From assembly GCA_903870015.1 (NCBI GenBank), contig CAIQBE010000006.1, forward strand, positions 12,468 through 76,467: a DNA stretch of 64,000 nt, in the 5' to 3' direction. Origin of the DNA: an uncultured Thiotrichales bacterium (GTDB lineage Bacteria > Pseudomonadota > Gammaproteobacteria > Francisellales > CACEW01). The translations under genes were made by a program, and so were the position numbers. Under the pieces are notes generated by a model that saw nothing but the letters and a program-made list of their open reading frames with translations, was not told the DNA's origin and searched no databases. Shown here one piece after another: positions 51,693-60,527 of the stretch; position 1 is the stretch's first letter; each line of letters opens with the position of its first letter.

Positions 51693-51838
51693 ATATACCC
51701 CTAATGATTAGTTAACGTTAAACCCACGACAAATCATATATTAATATTTTATTAATGTCAGAAATTATTAAATAATCATTTAAATATATAAACATCCTTG
51801 CGACAGCCATAATACCGCAATACCAAGAATACCCACCC

Positions 51839-53854
51839 TTAATCTACCTGTGCCATCTTAAGATCTGCGGGACTATCGACAAAAATAACCTCTTTTAAAT
51901 AGGCGCCCTGCCAATGGCTGCGGGGCAATAGCACTTGGGTAAACGTAACGCCTTCCAGCTCAGCATCGGTAAACTTCGCCTCTGATAAATCTGTATGCAT
52001 GACGCTAACGCCAATCCAACGCGCCGCACGCCATTCCGATTTAGCAAAATTAGACTCTTTCAAAATGGTATTTTTAAAATTACTTTGCAAAAAGTTAGCC
52101 GCGAGCACCTGGCAATCAGAAAAACAACAATCATCAAAACGGGTATTCGCCCCACTAACATCGAGTTTATCTGCCATCATCTTACTAAAATGAACATGAT
52201 CAAAAACCACATTATTAAAATACACATCTTTAAGTTGTGCATAAGGCAAATCTAAATATCGCCAAAAACCATCGATAAATTGACTTGAAAAGATCAAAAC
52301 ATTAACAGCCTTATTTTTAACCCAATCAGATTGAATAAACACATTTTCACGCAAACAGGCATGCGCAAAATTAACCTCAAAAAACACAACGCTCACAAAT
52401 TGCGACGAAGCAATATGTGCAAAATCAAATCTTGTCAAATTAAATTCAGATTTATTAAAAACGCACTGCTCAATTTTAGACTGCATTAATTTAGCAGAAC
52501 ATAAATTGGAATGATTAAAATTAACACATTGCAATTTTGCATTCACAAAAAAAGTATTAGACAAATCTGCTCCAGAAAAATCAATTCGCAATAAAGTTTT
52601 TTCAGAAAAATCAACACCCATCAAATCATAGCCACTAAAATCCAAATCATGAAGCACCGATAACTCTTGCAGCATAAGGCGTTGTGAGGATGATAAAGAT
52701 TTAAGCATTGGCTTAGTATTAGATTTTATTAAAGCAGGTGACCTCTGCAAGGCCCGTGTTTTTTCGATCGCCGCCAAAGAAGATTTTGCATCTATGCCTG
52801 GCAATAATCCAGCATGCGCAAATTGATAAAGATGCCGATCAACCCCCGTTAAATCTGCAAAAGACCGATAATAATACTGAATAGATTCCGACTTATTTAC
52901 ATCCTCCAGCGACAGCATAAGCATATCAATCGCATTAGCACTCCAGCCCTCAACCTCAAATTTAGATCTGTATGTTATAACACCAATATTATGATTTGGC
53001 AAAAACCATAACGTATCTGCGCGCACATTTAATTCATGAAAACGCCCCGTCGCCGTTCGCAAAAACACGCGTAAATTTAAATTAGGCAAATGACCCGAAA
53101 TCGCATTAAATCCCATACCTTCAAGACGAAAAATCGCATTAGGCTTAAACGCTTCCTCCTGACATTGATCTAATGATGCCTGCTGAAAAAACAAAGGATC
53201 AAGATCCTCAGGCAAAGCCGGATAAGCCTTGGCCCAAGTCTTTGCATTGACATAGCGCCAACGCAAAGGCGCCAGCATATTCAAAGGCGCGAACGCCGCA
53301 GGCAAAACCTCACCTTGCTTAGGAAAAGGATGCGTGAGCAAATAATCTGGATGCTCAATCAAAGGCAAGGGCACACGCAAAGATTCATCATAAAGCTGGC
53401 TTTTATTTTTAATCGCACCCATACCATCTGGATTAAGCGCACCCCCATAAGCACCCTGCCAACTCAATGACACATTGTGATAAACAGGCTCTGGCGCATA
53501 AGGCAAAAACTGATTAAGCTTCGGCGCCGGATACCAATAACGCTGTGGGAATACATAAAGGGTTTTATCAATACTCGCAACCTGGACACGCACATAAGGC
53601 TGCGCAGGAAGCTGATCAGGCACAACAAAATCCCCCAAGACCAAGACCTCACTTAACGCTTTCGGCAAATGCTCATCTAAAGGCTGATCACCCGCAACTA
53701 CTTTCCAAATTTTCAGCCATTCATGTTCGGTAATTAAAGTTGCGCTGTCATCTAACTTAAACGCAATAGACCCTGTGATAATTTTGATAAATTTATTTTG
53801 ATAAAACTGGGTTTGATTCCCATGAATAATATAATCGGATTTAAGCACTTCCAT
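51839..53854 (-). CDS. DUF2169 T6SS accessory protein with pentapeptide repeats (TagA/TagB-like)
   Basis: PK..SEVLV.G, DKTL.VF..R.W, W..AYGG..NP.G.G, P.D.D..FFQ.A..DQ, DTLWFLP; C-terminal DFSGADLS-type repeats. Confidence 0.9.
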   Translation of the reverse strand: MEVLKSDYIIHGNQTQFYQNKFIKIITGSIAFKLDDSATLITEHEWLKIWKVVAGDQPLDEHLPKALSEVLVLGDFVVPDQLPAQPYVRVQVASIDKTLYVFPQRYWYPAPKLNQFLPYAPEPVYHNVSLSWQGAYGGALNPDGMGAIKNKSQLYDESLRVPLPLIEHPDYLLTHPFPKQGEVLPAAFAPLNMLAPLRWRYVNAKTWAKAYPALPEDLDPLFFQQASLDQCQEEAFKPNAIFRLEGMGFNAISGHLPNLNLRVFLRTATGRFHELNVRADTLWFLPNHNIGVITYRSKFEVEGWSANAIDMLMLSLEDVNKSESIQYYYRSFADLTGVDRHLYQFAHAGLLPGIDAKSSLAAIEKTRALQRSPALIKSNTKPMLKSLSSSQRLMLQELSVLHDLDFSGYDLMGVDFSEKTLLRIDFSGADLSNTFFVNAKLQCVNFNHSNLCSAKLMQSKIEQCVFNKSEFNLTRFDFAHIASSQFVSVVFFEVNFAHACLRENVFIQSDWVKNKAVNVLIFSSQFIDGFWRYLDLPYAQLKDVYFNNVVFDHVHFSKMMADKLDVSGANTRFDDCCFSDCQVLAANFLQSNFKNTILKESNFAKSEWRAARWIGVSVMHTDLSEAKFTDAELEGVTFTQVLLPRSHWQGAYLKEVIFVDSPADLKMAQVD

Positions 53855-53866
53855 GAAAAATCCGCC

Positions 53867-54316
53867 CTAACTATTTAGCGTAAAATTCTGCGCGTTGATA
53901 TGATAGCGATCGGCTTTTTGGATCAGCACGGGTGTTTCTAAAATCTTTGCAGTCGTAGCTACTTCATACGCAACATCTGCTTTCACACTCAAATGCCCAA
54001 TGTCCTGAGTCATGGCATCAGCATGCACATGGAAGGAATTAGTGGCAAGCGTAAGCTTTGCCATATCAAGCATCTGTGCCTCAGGCTGGCGCTGCATAAC
54101 AATATGCGTTAGATAAAATTGCCGGGACACATTCAGGATAATCACCGTATCCCCTGGCATCGGCTGGAGCAAACAACTGGCACAACGCCACGCTAACAAA
54201 CGCTGACCTTCTACAACAATTTGATAATATCGATCCTGCATGGGCGCATCTACGACGCCGATAAAATAAGGATCAGAAAATTCCGCCCTGGGAAAAAAAA
54301 GCGTTTTTGCCATCAT
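53867..54316 (-). CDS. DUF3540 protein (TagC-like)
   Basis: A.RCASCLLQP..GD.V signature; beta-rich tail ...HINAQNFTLN. Confidence 0.8.
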   Translation of the reverse strand: MMAKTLFFPRAEFSDPYFIGVVDAPMQDRYYQIVVEGQRLLAWRCASCLLQPMPGDTVIILNVSRQFYLTHIVMQRQPEAQMLDMAKLTLATNSFHVHADAMTQDIGHLSVKADVAYEVATTAKILETPVLIQKADRYHINAQNFTLNS

Positions 54317-54750
54317 ACACACCCCGGCAACTTGGCAAAACGCGCCCCCGAGGAATTGGCATTACCACCATGATTAACATTATAAACACCCTGATTAGCG
54401 GTTGCGCTGACCATCGGCGCAATCGGACAATTACCGGTATTCAAATATTTTTTTGTCGCACTTGTAAGCACACACTTGCCATGCACCTGCATAATTTTAG
54501 AATAATCACTCACAACCTGCCCCGGACCATGAATAGTACCAATGATTGCGCCTGGGGCATTGGGCACTGGAATTGAAGCCGGATGAATGGTATCGGTCGT
54601 ATCAATCGCATGACCCTCACAAGTAAAATCAGCATGACCCAAAATAATTTCCTGAGGACTAGATACAAAGCCAGGAACCACAGCTCCATTAACAATCACC
54701 GGCTGAATCGAAGCATACAAACCATTTTTCTGGGTATTAAGCAAAGCCAT
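54313..54750 (-). CDS. divergent DUF4150 PAAR-like spike tip protein (TagD-like)
   Basis: NTQ..G start, G...GT..GP, S....V.GK, N..NCP; operon with DUF3540 and DUF2169. Confidence 0.7.
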   Translation of the reverse strand: MALLNTQKNGLYASIQPVIVNGAVVPGFVSSPQEIILGHADFTCEGHAIDTTDTIHPASIPVPNAPGAIIGTIHGPGQVVSDYSKIMQVHGKCVLTSATKKYLNTGNCPIAPMVSATANQGVYNVNHGGNANSSGARFAKLPGCV

Positions 54751-54778
54751 GAGAAATTACAAATGATTAACTTATAGA

Positions 54779-54808
54779 CATTATATAAAATTTGATCAAC
54801 AATGCAAG
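54779..54808 (-). promoter_or_regulatory. promoter of the DUF4150-DUF3540-DUF2169 operon
   Basis: TTGCAT-N16-TATAAT; 22/30 identical to 60460-60489. Confidence 0.6.
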
Positions 54809-54864
54809 CTGTTTTTTTAACAACCAATATTTTTATCTTAAAGCCCTCAGCCACCCCCTCTACG

Positions 54865-54987
54865 GCGTCATCCTTCGAATTTTTCGAAGAAAAATTGCGG
54901 AGGACCCAATTGCATGCAGAATCGCTGACCCCCTTAAATGTGGCTACGCCACAGGCTGGATCCTGTGGAGCACCCACAGGACGATGC
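54865..54987. repeat. composite REP/RPE-like palindromic element
   Basis: Ends GCGTCATCCT...AGGACGATGC; internal hairpin TCCTGTGG-AGCAC-CCACAGGA. Confidence 0.5.
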
Positions 54988-54994
54988 TCTAATA

Positions 54995-56068
54995 TTACCT
55001 CAAAGTTCTCAACCAATCTTTGATTTGATCAATCTTCATAAACGCCCGCATATCAGACTCAAGCCCACGCAGCTGGCGTTTTAACTGGGCTACTTCATGA
55101 TTTAACAAACCCAAGACTTGATCGGGCGCCCTTCGAGCATCAACAGGCATTTGCATCTGTGCCACAAAAGGCATCGTAACACCCTCAACCTGCTTTTTTA
55201 AATCGGCCAATTGCTGGCGCAAAATTTTATTATAATTTTGCAAACGCTCATCATTCATGGCCTGCAGCGCTGCCTGATCGATTTGAGCAATTTCTACTTG
55301 CAACTCAAACAGCGTTAACAAATCACCTGCTTCATAAGCTGCATTCACCCGCTGCATCAACGCATTTTTACGTTCACGCTCAAGCGGATCTTGCTCACGA
55401 TCTGGATGCAAATCTTGGACAAGCTTGCGAAACACCTCGCGCAAAGAGCGCTGCATTTGTGCCTCAGCATCTTCCGCCGCCAAAACCTTAGCTGATTTCT
55501 TTTTATGAAGCTTACGCTCATCTTGAGCCGCCAATTCTTCCTCAGCCAATGCCTTCATCTTTTTGCGCATAAATGCAAGCACATCCTCTGGCGAGTCGAA
55601 TTGTTCCTCATCACTAAATTCATAATCAAAATCCTGGGAAAATCTGGCCTTCAACAGCTCCACTTGCTCTTGATTTTCTTCATCATAATCTTGCGGATTA
55701 TGGCGATTATAAATTTCCTTCAGCTCATCCAGCATATCGAACTGCAGCAACTCTTCAGCGACATCACAAATCACCGCAGAAAGCTTAACCTTTTCATTTT
55801 TAGTAAAATGCTGCTGCAAATAAAGATGATCCATTTGCCGCAACCACGCCAATTTATGCTCGCGAATTTGATCAAGCAAAGGCTTTAAATCACGAAGATA
55901 TTTTTGCTGATACATCGGAATGACGGCATTCCAAGCCTCTAAACGCTCACGCTCACGTTGGATCTTTTGAATCAACTGATTAAACGTTTTTTGCCCGGGT
56001 GACAAATTAGCACGCTCTTGTTGCGTTGGCATAATTTGCACTTCAAAAATCTTTGCCGTCATGACCAT
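54995..56068 (-). CDS. J-domain-containing coiled-coil protein
   Basis: REVFRKLVQDLHPDRE...LMQRVNAAY..GDL with HPD motif. Confidence 0.88.
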   Translation of the reverse strand: MVMTAKIFEVQIMPTQQERANLSPGQKTFNQLIQKIQRERERLEAWNAVIPMYQQKYLRDLKPLLDQIREHKLAWLRQMDHLYLQQHFTKNEKVKLSAVICDVAEELLQFDMLDELKEIYNRHNPQDYDEENQEQVELLKARFSQDFDYEFSDEEQFDSPEDVLAFMRKKMKALAEEELAAQDERKLHKKKSAKVLAAEDAEAQMQRSLREVFRKLVQDLHPDREQDPLERERKNALMQRVNAAYEAGDLLTLFELQVEIAQIDQAALQAMNDERLQNYNKILRQQLADLKKQVEGVTMPFVAQMQMPVDARRAPDQVLGLLNHEVAQLKRQLRGLESDMRAFMKIDQIKDWLRTLR

Positions 56069-56137
56069 AAATGCATCGTTGAAAAAAGCATTATAGCAAA
56101 TGCAAGTCTAGCAGGGTATTACAAAAAATGGGGAAAA

Positions 56138-56491
56138 TCACACCCGATCATACCGCGCCACATCGGAACCTAACAGAGGCAGAGTGGGGTTATTATTGGA
56201 TTGACGAACAACCAAGGCTGCCCTTGATAATAAACGTCTTTCTCTAACAGCGGATACATTCGGCGCATCTCGAAGACACCCTCCAACACAACCACCCACA
56301 ATAGCCGCCGTAACAACAAGCGCCAGAACCACTCCAGCCGCAACCGCCTGCTCAGCATCACTTTGATCACGAATTACAGACTGATTAACGAAAACCCAAA
56401 TACCAGATCCAAAACTTGCAAGAAAAGCACCGGCTATCACACCATAAGCCGAGCGCTCAAAACGACTCAAATTATCACAAAATCCTGGCAT
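56138..56491 (-). CDS. hypothetical two-TM protein
   Basis: GAGG RBS, two hydrophobic helices, GGCVGGC then basic tail. Confidence 0.6.
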   Translation of the reverse strand: MPGFCDNLSRFERSAYGVIAGAFLASFGSGIWVFVNQSVIRDQSDAEQAVAAGVVLALVVTAAIVGGCVGGCLRDAPNVSAVRERRLLSRAALVVRQSNNNPTLPLLGSDVARYDRV

Positions 56492-56646
56492 TAAAAAACC
56501 TCAACTTAATTTATTTACACAACCTATATATTAACACAAAATATCAAAAAAATAAAAAATTACGACTTTTTAAGCAAAAAAATAGCCCCTTTGATTATGT
56601 AAAGGGGCCATGCTATGATTCCCGCTCTCTTCATGATAAATACACC

Positions 56647-58707
56647 ATGAATCTCACCGACGCCATTGCCAAACTCACAGCCATAGGCTATCAAGAGCGC
56701 GTGCAGCAAACTGAAATGATGACGCTGATTGAGCAAACTCTAGCGCAAAAATCGATCGCAGTGATTGAGGGCGGCACGGGCATTGGCAAAACCTTTGGCT
56801 ATTTGATTCCACTGTTACTCAAAGCCAAAGATGATACTTATATCGTCATCGCTACCGCTACCGTTAATTTACAAGCACAATTAGCTGAAATCGACATTCC
56901 GCAACTACAAAAAATCTTAGGCCGCCCCATTCACGCAGAAATCGCCAAAGGCCGACGCCGCTACGTGTGCTTAAGCCGCCTCTATCAAAAAGATACAAGC
57001 CAAGGCGAGTTGCTGATGGAGCAAGTGCCGTTACAAATTGAAACCCTGATTGAAAACTTTGAGACCAGAAAATGGGATGGCGACAAAGATACTCTAGCGA
57101 CCTTTGTACACCCACAACTATGGCAACAACTGACGACTGATGCGGTCGGGTGCACCAATCGGCGCTGCGCCTTTTTTGAAGACTGCCCTTACTTCAAGGC
57201 CCGAAAACGCTTAACCGATGCCGATATTATCATCGCCAATCATGATCTATTGCTCTCCGACATCATGATGGGCACGGGCAGTATTTTGCCCGCCGCCGAA
57301 AAAACCACTTATGTAATTGATGAAGCCCACCATTTTCCACAAAAAGCGGTGCAGCATTTTAGTAGCGCGCTTAGCCTACACAACGCGCAAGAATGGCTGG
57401 ATACCATGATCAAAGGTACGCAAAGTATTTTTGCGCTCACCGAAGATAACTCAAGCCTCGCCTACACTTCTTTTGTCGAAACTTGCCAAGTAGTGAAAGC
57501 ACAACTGGGACCGATTTTTGAATGGGTCGACACCCATTTTGAACAACAGCAACAAAACCAAACCTGGTTACTATCCGAAAACCCAAAAACCCTGATCGAA
57601 GTCATCCATCCATTGATATTAGACTGCAAAAAAATCTTCAGCAAATGCTCAGAAGTACGCGCAAAACTCATGGAGATCAATGACATCAATCCGATTGCCA
57701 ATATTGATCAGCATCTTGCAGGCTTGGGTTATCACATTCATCACAGTGAACTGTTATATCGCACATTTGAACTCTTTTGTTATGAAGAACAGGGCGATGA
57801 ACCACCAATTGCCCGCTGGTTTGCCATAGCACCTGACACCCTCCAAAAAAGTAAACGCCCCAATTATATCTGTCACGCCGCCAGAATTTCCGCAGCACCC
57901 GTGTTAGCCGCACAATTTTGGAATCGCACCGAACAAGCGGTGATTCTGTGCTCGGCAACGCTCAGATCCCTGGGCAAGTTTGACGATTTTTTGCAAAAAG
58001 CCGGACTAGAATTTTTTACGAAAGTAAAAACTGCCGCCTTCTTATCACCCTTCGACTATCAAAAATCACGCTTACATATTCCCTTCATGAAGACGACACC
58101 CCAAGGCGAATCATCCGCCGCGCATACCGAAGAACTCTGCGAGATTTTACCCGGGATATTGGCACAACAAACCCACGGGGTTTTAGTATTATTCACAAGT
58201 CAACGCGTCATGAGCACTGTATACGAAGCCATGCCGCTCGAGATTAAGCAACATATCTTTTTACAAGGCGCCCTACCCAAATCCAAACTCATGCAACACC
58301 ACAAAGCCCAAGTCGACCAAGAACACTTAAGCATTATCTTCGGCCTACAATCCTTCGCCGAAGGCGTCGACCTACCCGGACGTTATTGCCATCACGTGAT
58401 CATCACCAAGTTACCTTTTTCCGTACCCTCAACCCCCATTGAAAAAACCTGGGTAAAATGGCTCGAGCGCCTAGGCAAAAACAGCTTTAAACATCATGTC
58501 TTGCCAGACACAGCCCTACGCCTAACCCAATACGCCGGCCGCCTCATTCGCACCCAAGAAGATATCGGAACCTTAACGATTTTAGATCGACGTATTGTGA
58601 GCAAATTTTACGGCAAGCAATTACTAGCAAGCTTGCCACCGTTTAGGATTGAGGTGGATGCTAATCCCACACAATTAACTGTTGAAATAAAAAACAAAAT
58701 CATTTAA
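56647..58707 (+). CDS. dinG: ATP-dependent DNA helicase DinG
   Basis: EGGTGIGKT, KGRRRYVC, Fe-S cysteines, DEAH, SATL, SFAEGVDLPG, Q.AGRLIR; promoter TTGATT-N17-TATGAT. Confidence 0.93.
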   Translation: MNLTDAIAKLTAIGYQERVQQTEMMTLIEQTLAQKSIAVIEGGTGIGKTFGYLIPLLLKAKDDTYIVIATATVNLQAQLAEIDIPQLQKILGRPIHAEIAKGRRRYVCLSRLYQKDTSQGELLMEQVPLQIETLIENFETRKWDGDKDTLATFVHPQLWQQLTTDAVGCTNRRCAFFEDCPYFKARKRLTDADIIIANHDLLLSDIMMGTGSILPAAEKTTYVIDEAHHFPQKAVQHFSSALSLHNAQEWLDTMIKGTQSIFALTEDNSSLAYTSFVETCQVVKAQLGPIFEWVDTHFEQQQQNQTWLLSENPKTLIEVIHPLILDCKKIFSKCSEVRAKLMEINDINPIANIDQHLAGLGYHIHHSELLYRTFELFCYEEQGDEPPIARWFAIAPDTLQKSKRPNYICHAARISAAPVLAAQFWNRTEQAVILCSATLRSLGKFDDFLQKAGLEFFTKVKTAAFLSPFDYQKSRLHIPFMKTTPQGESSAAHTEELCEILPGILAQQTHGVLVLFTSQRVMSTVYEAMPLEIKQHIFLQGALPKSKLMQHHKAQVDQEHLSIIFGLQSFAEGVDLPGRYCHHVIITKLPFSVPSTPIEKTWVKWLERLGKNSFKHHVLPDTALRLTQYAGRLIRTQEDIGTLTILDRRIVSKFYGKQLLASLPPFRIEVDANPTQLTVEIKNKII

Positions 58708-58722
58708 AATTCCAACCAAGAA

Positions 58723-58743
58723 TTGTAACCACATTGGTAACAA
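58723..58743. promoter_or_regulatory. HigA-type operator palindrome
   Basis: TTGTAACCA-CAT-TGGTAACAA (one mismatch) just upstream of the higB remnant and higA. Confidence 0.55.
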
Positions 58744-58744
58744 C

Positions 58745-58780
58745 GAAGTATTGGACGTAAACTATGAAGACTACCATTAA
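58745..58780 (+). pseudogene. higB: 3' remnant of a HigB toxin gene
   Basis: Translates [11 protein letters not shown], a characteristic HigB C-terminus, 4 nt before the higA ATG. Confidence 0.75.
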
Positions 58781-58784
58781 AAAA

Positions 58785-59087
58785 ATGCACAACCCACCTC
58801 ACCCTGGTGAAAGTATTCGCATGCTCTGTTTTGAGCCCTTAGGCATATCCATCACCGAGGCAGCAAAAGCTTTAGGTGTATCACGCAAAATGCTATCGCA
58901 AGTGATTAATGGCCGAGCGCGCGTAACGCCGAATTTAGCAGTGCGCTTAGCCAAGGCATTTAAGACCACTCCCGAAAGTTGGCTCAATCAGCAGATACAT
59001 TATGATCTGTGGCAAGAAGCCCAAAATTGCGACCTTCGCCTGGTACAGTGTTTAGTACAAAATGAAAAACCTGAATCAACTCGTTAA
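58785..59087 (+). CDS. higA: HigA family antitoxin (HTH)
   Basis: [42 protein letters not shown]. Confidence 0.92.
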   Translation: MHNPPHPGESIRMLCFEPLGISITEAAKALGVSRKMLSQVINGRARVTPNLAVRLAKAFKTTPESWLNQQIHYDLWQEAQNCDLRLVQCLVQNEKPESTR

Positions 59088-60143
59088 CTTAGGATAATCA
59101 TTATACCCATGATCCCCTCCCACATAAAAAGTACTGGGATCGGGTGTATTCAAAGGCGCACCTAGTAACAAGCGTTTAGGCAAATCCGGATTCGCGATAA
59201 ACAGCTTGCCAAAACTAACAGCGTCAGCGTGGCCATCAATAATCAATTGCTCCGCGTCTTCCGGGGTCAGACCTTGGTTAGCAATGTAAACGCCGTTACC
59301 AAATGCCTGCTTCAACTGATCGCCAATATAGCCATCGCCCTGACCGGCACGAGCAAACACAAAGGCAATCTGGCGCTGACCCAGCGCTCTCATGACATAG
59401 CTAAAAGTAGCAAGCGGATCAGAATCGCCCATATCATGGGAATCACCACGAGGGGCAAGATGCACGCCCACACGCTGACTGCCCCACACAGAAATCACCG
59501 CATCAACAACTTCAAGTAACAAGCGTGCGCGATTCTCAATGCTGCCACCATATTGGTCTTGGCGCTTGTTGGTACTGTCCTGTAAAAATTGATCGAACAA
59601 ATAGCCATTGGCTGCATGAAGCTCAACACCATCAAAGCCTGCTTTTTTAGCATTCTCAGCCGCTTGACGAAAAGCCTCAACAACCCCAGGAATCTCATCA
59701 AGATTTAAAGCTCGAGGGGTCACATATGGCTTTTCAGGCCGCACTAAACTCACATGACCTTTGGGCGCAATCGCACTGGGCGCCACTGGCAACTGCCCAC
59801 CAAGAAACATTGGATCAGACATCCTCCCCACATGCCACAATTGTAGGAAAATGCGCCCACCTTCTTGATGCACAGCCTCAGTCACCAATTTCCATCCTTG
59901 CACTTGCGCATCAGACCAAATACCTGGCGTATCGGCATAACCGACCCCCATAGGACAAACCGAAGTCGCCTCAGTAACAATCAAACCAGCACTCGCGCGA
60001 TCACGATAATATTGCGCCATCATCGCATTGGGAAGACGCTCGACTCCGGCTCTTGCACGCGTCAAGGGCGCCATAATAATTCGGTTGGGCAAGGTTAAGT
60101 CACCGAGTTGTAACGCAGTAAAAAGCACTGAAGTATTTTGCAT
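59076..60143 (-). CDS. old yellow enzyme / alkene reductase (NemA-like)
   Basis: [51 protein letters not shown]. Confidence 0.95.
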   Translation of the reverse strand: MQNTSVLFTALQLGDLTLPNRIIMAPLTRARAGVERLPNAMMAQYYRDRASAGLIVTEATSVCPMGVGYADTPGIWSDAQVQGWKLVTEAVHQEGGRIFLQLWHVGRMSDPMFLGGQLPVAPSAIAPKGHVSLVRPEKPYVTPRALNLDEIPGVVEAFRQAAENAKKAGFDGVELHAANGYLFDQFLQDSTNKRQDQYGGSIENRARLLLEVVDAVISVWGSQRVGVHLAPRGDSHDMGDSDPLATFSYVMRALGQRQIAFVFARAGQGDGYIGDQLKQAFGNGVYIANQGLTPEDAEQLIIDGHADAVSFGKLFIANPDLPKRLLLGAPLNTPDPSTFYVGGDHGYNDYPKLTS

Positions 60144-60269
60144 GATGATCCAAGATGATTTTTGAGGGGGAAATTATACCATTCGCAAATAATTATGACT
60201 AATTGCGCCAAACTCGTAACCTGAATGAATCTCAAAAAAAAGCTGGCTTGCCGAGCCGAAGCCCAAAGC

Positions 60270-60434
60270 ATGGCCATCGGCTACCGCGTCCGCTCACACC
60301 GCGGCACACAATTTCGCAAATGAGCGACAGAACAACTCAAAACCTACCTGACCCAAGGCTTCCTATTAGATGATGAGCGCTTCAAGCGCGGAGAGGATGA
60401 CGGCTATTTGAAAAACCTATTAGCACGCATTCGT
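60270..60434 (+). pseudogene. RhuM-family fragment
   Basis: AIGYRVRSHRGTQFRK*ATEQLKTYLTQGFLLDDERFK...LLARIR; conserved Trp replaced by TGA at 60321. Confidence 0.8.
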
Positions 60435-60459
60435 GTAACAATTAGACATCAATCCACCA

Positions 60460-60489
60460 CTTGCATTACTGTACAAAAAGCATATAATG
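60460..60489 (+). promoter_or_regulatory. promoter of the hydrolase-lipoprotein pair
   Basis: TTGCAT-N16-TATAAT; 22/30 identical to 54779-54808 (minus strand). Confidence 0.6.
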
Positions 60490-60527
60490 CTTAATAAACA
60501 CTCATCAAAAAATAGCTATGAATAGCC

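Noticed and set aside
54696-55023. Three overlapping short ORFs between the J-domain and DUF4150 genes
   Set aside because: The interval is explained by a palindromic repeat and a promoter; the ORFs lack coding features.
58764-58784. Track start for higA (MKTTIKK...)
   Set aside because: This stretch is the higB remnant read in another frame; the family-typical start MHNPPHPG is at 58785.
60321-60323. TGA at a conserved Trp as evidence of genetic code 4
   Set aside because: TGA ends intact genes here (mnmE, the Pht-like MFS, higA) and Trp is TGG elsewhere; this is a nonsense mutation in a fragment.
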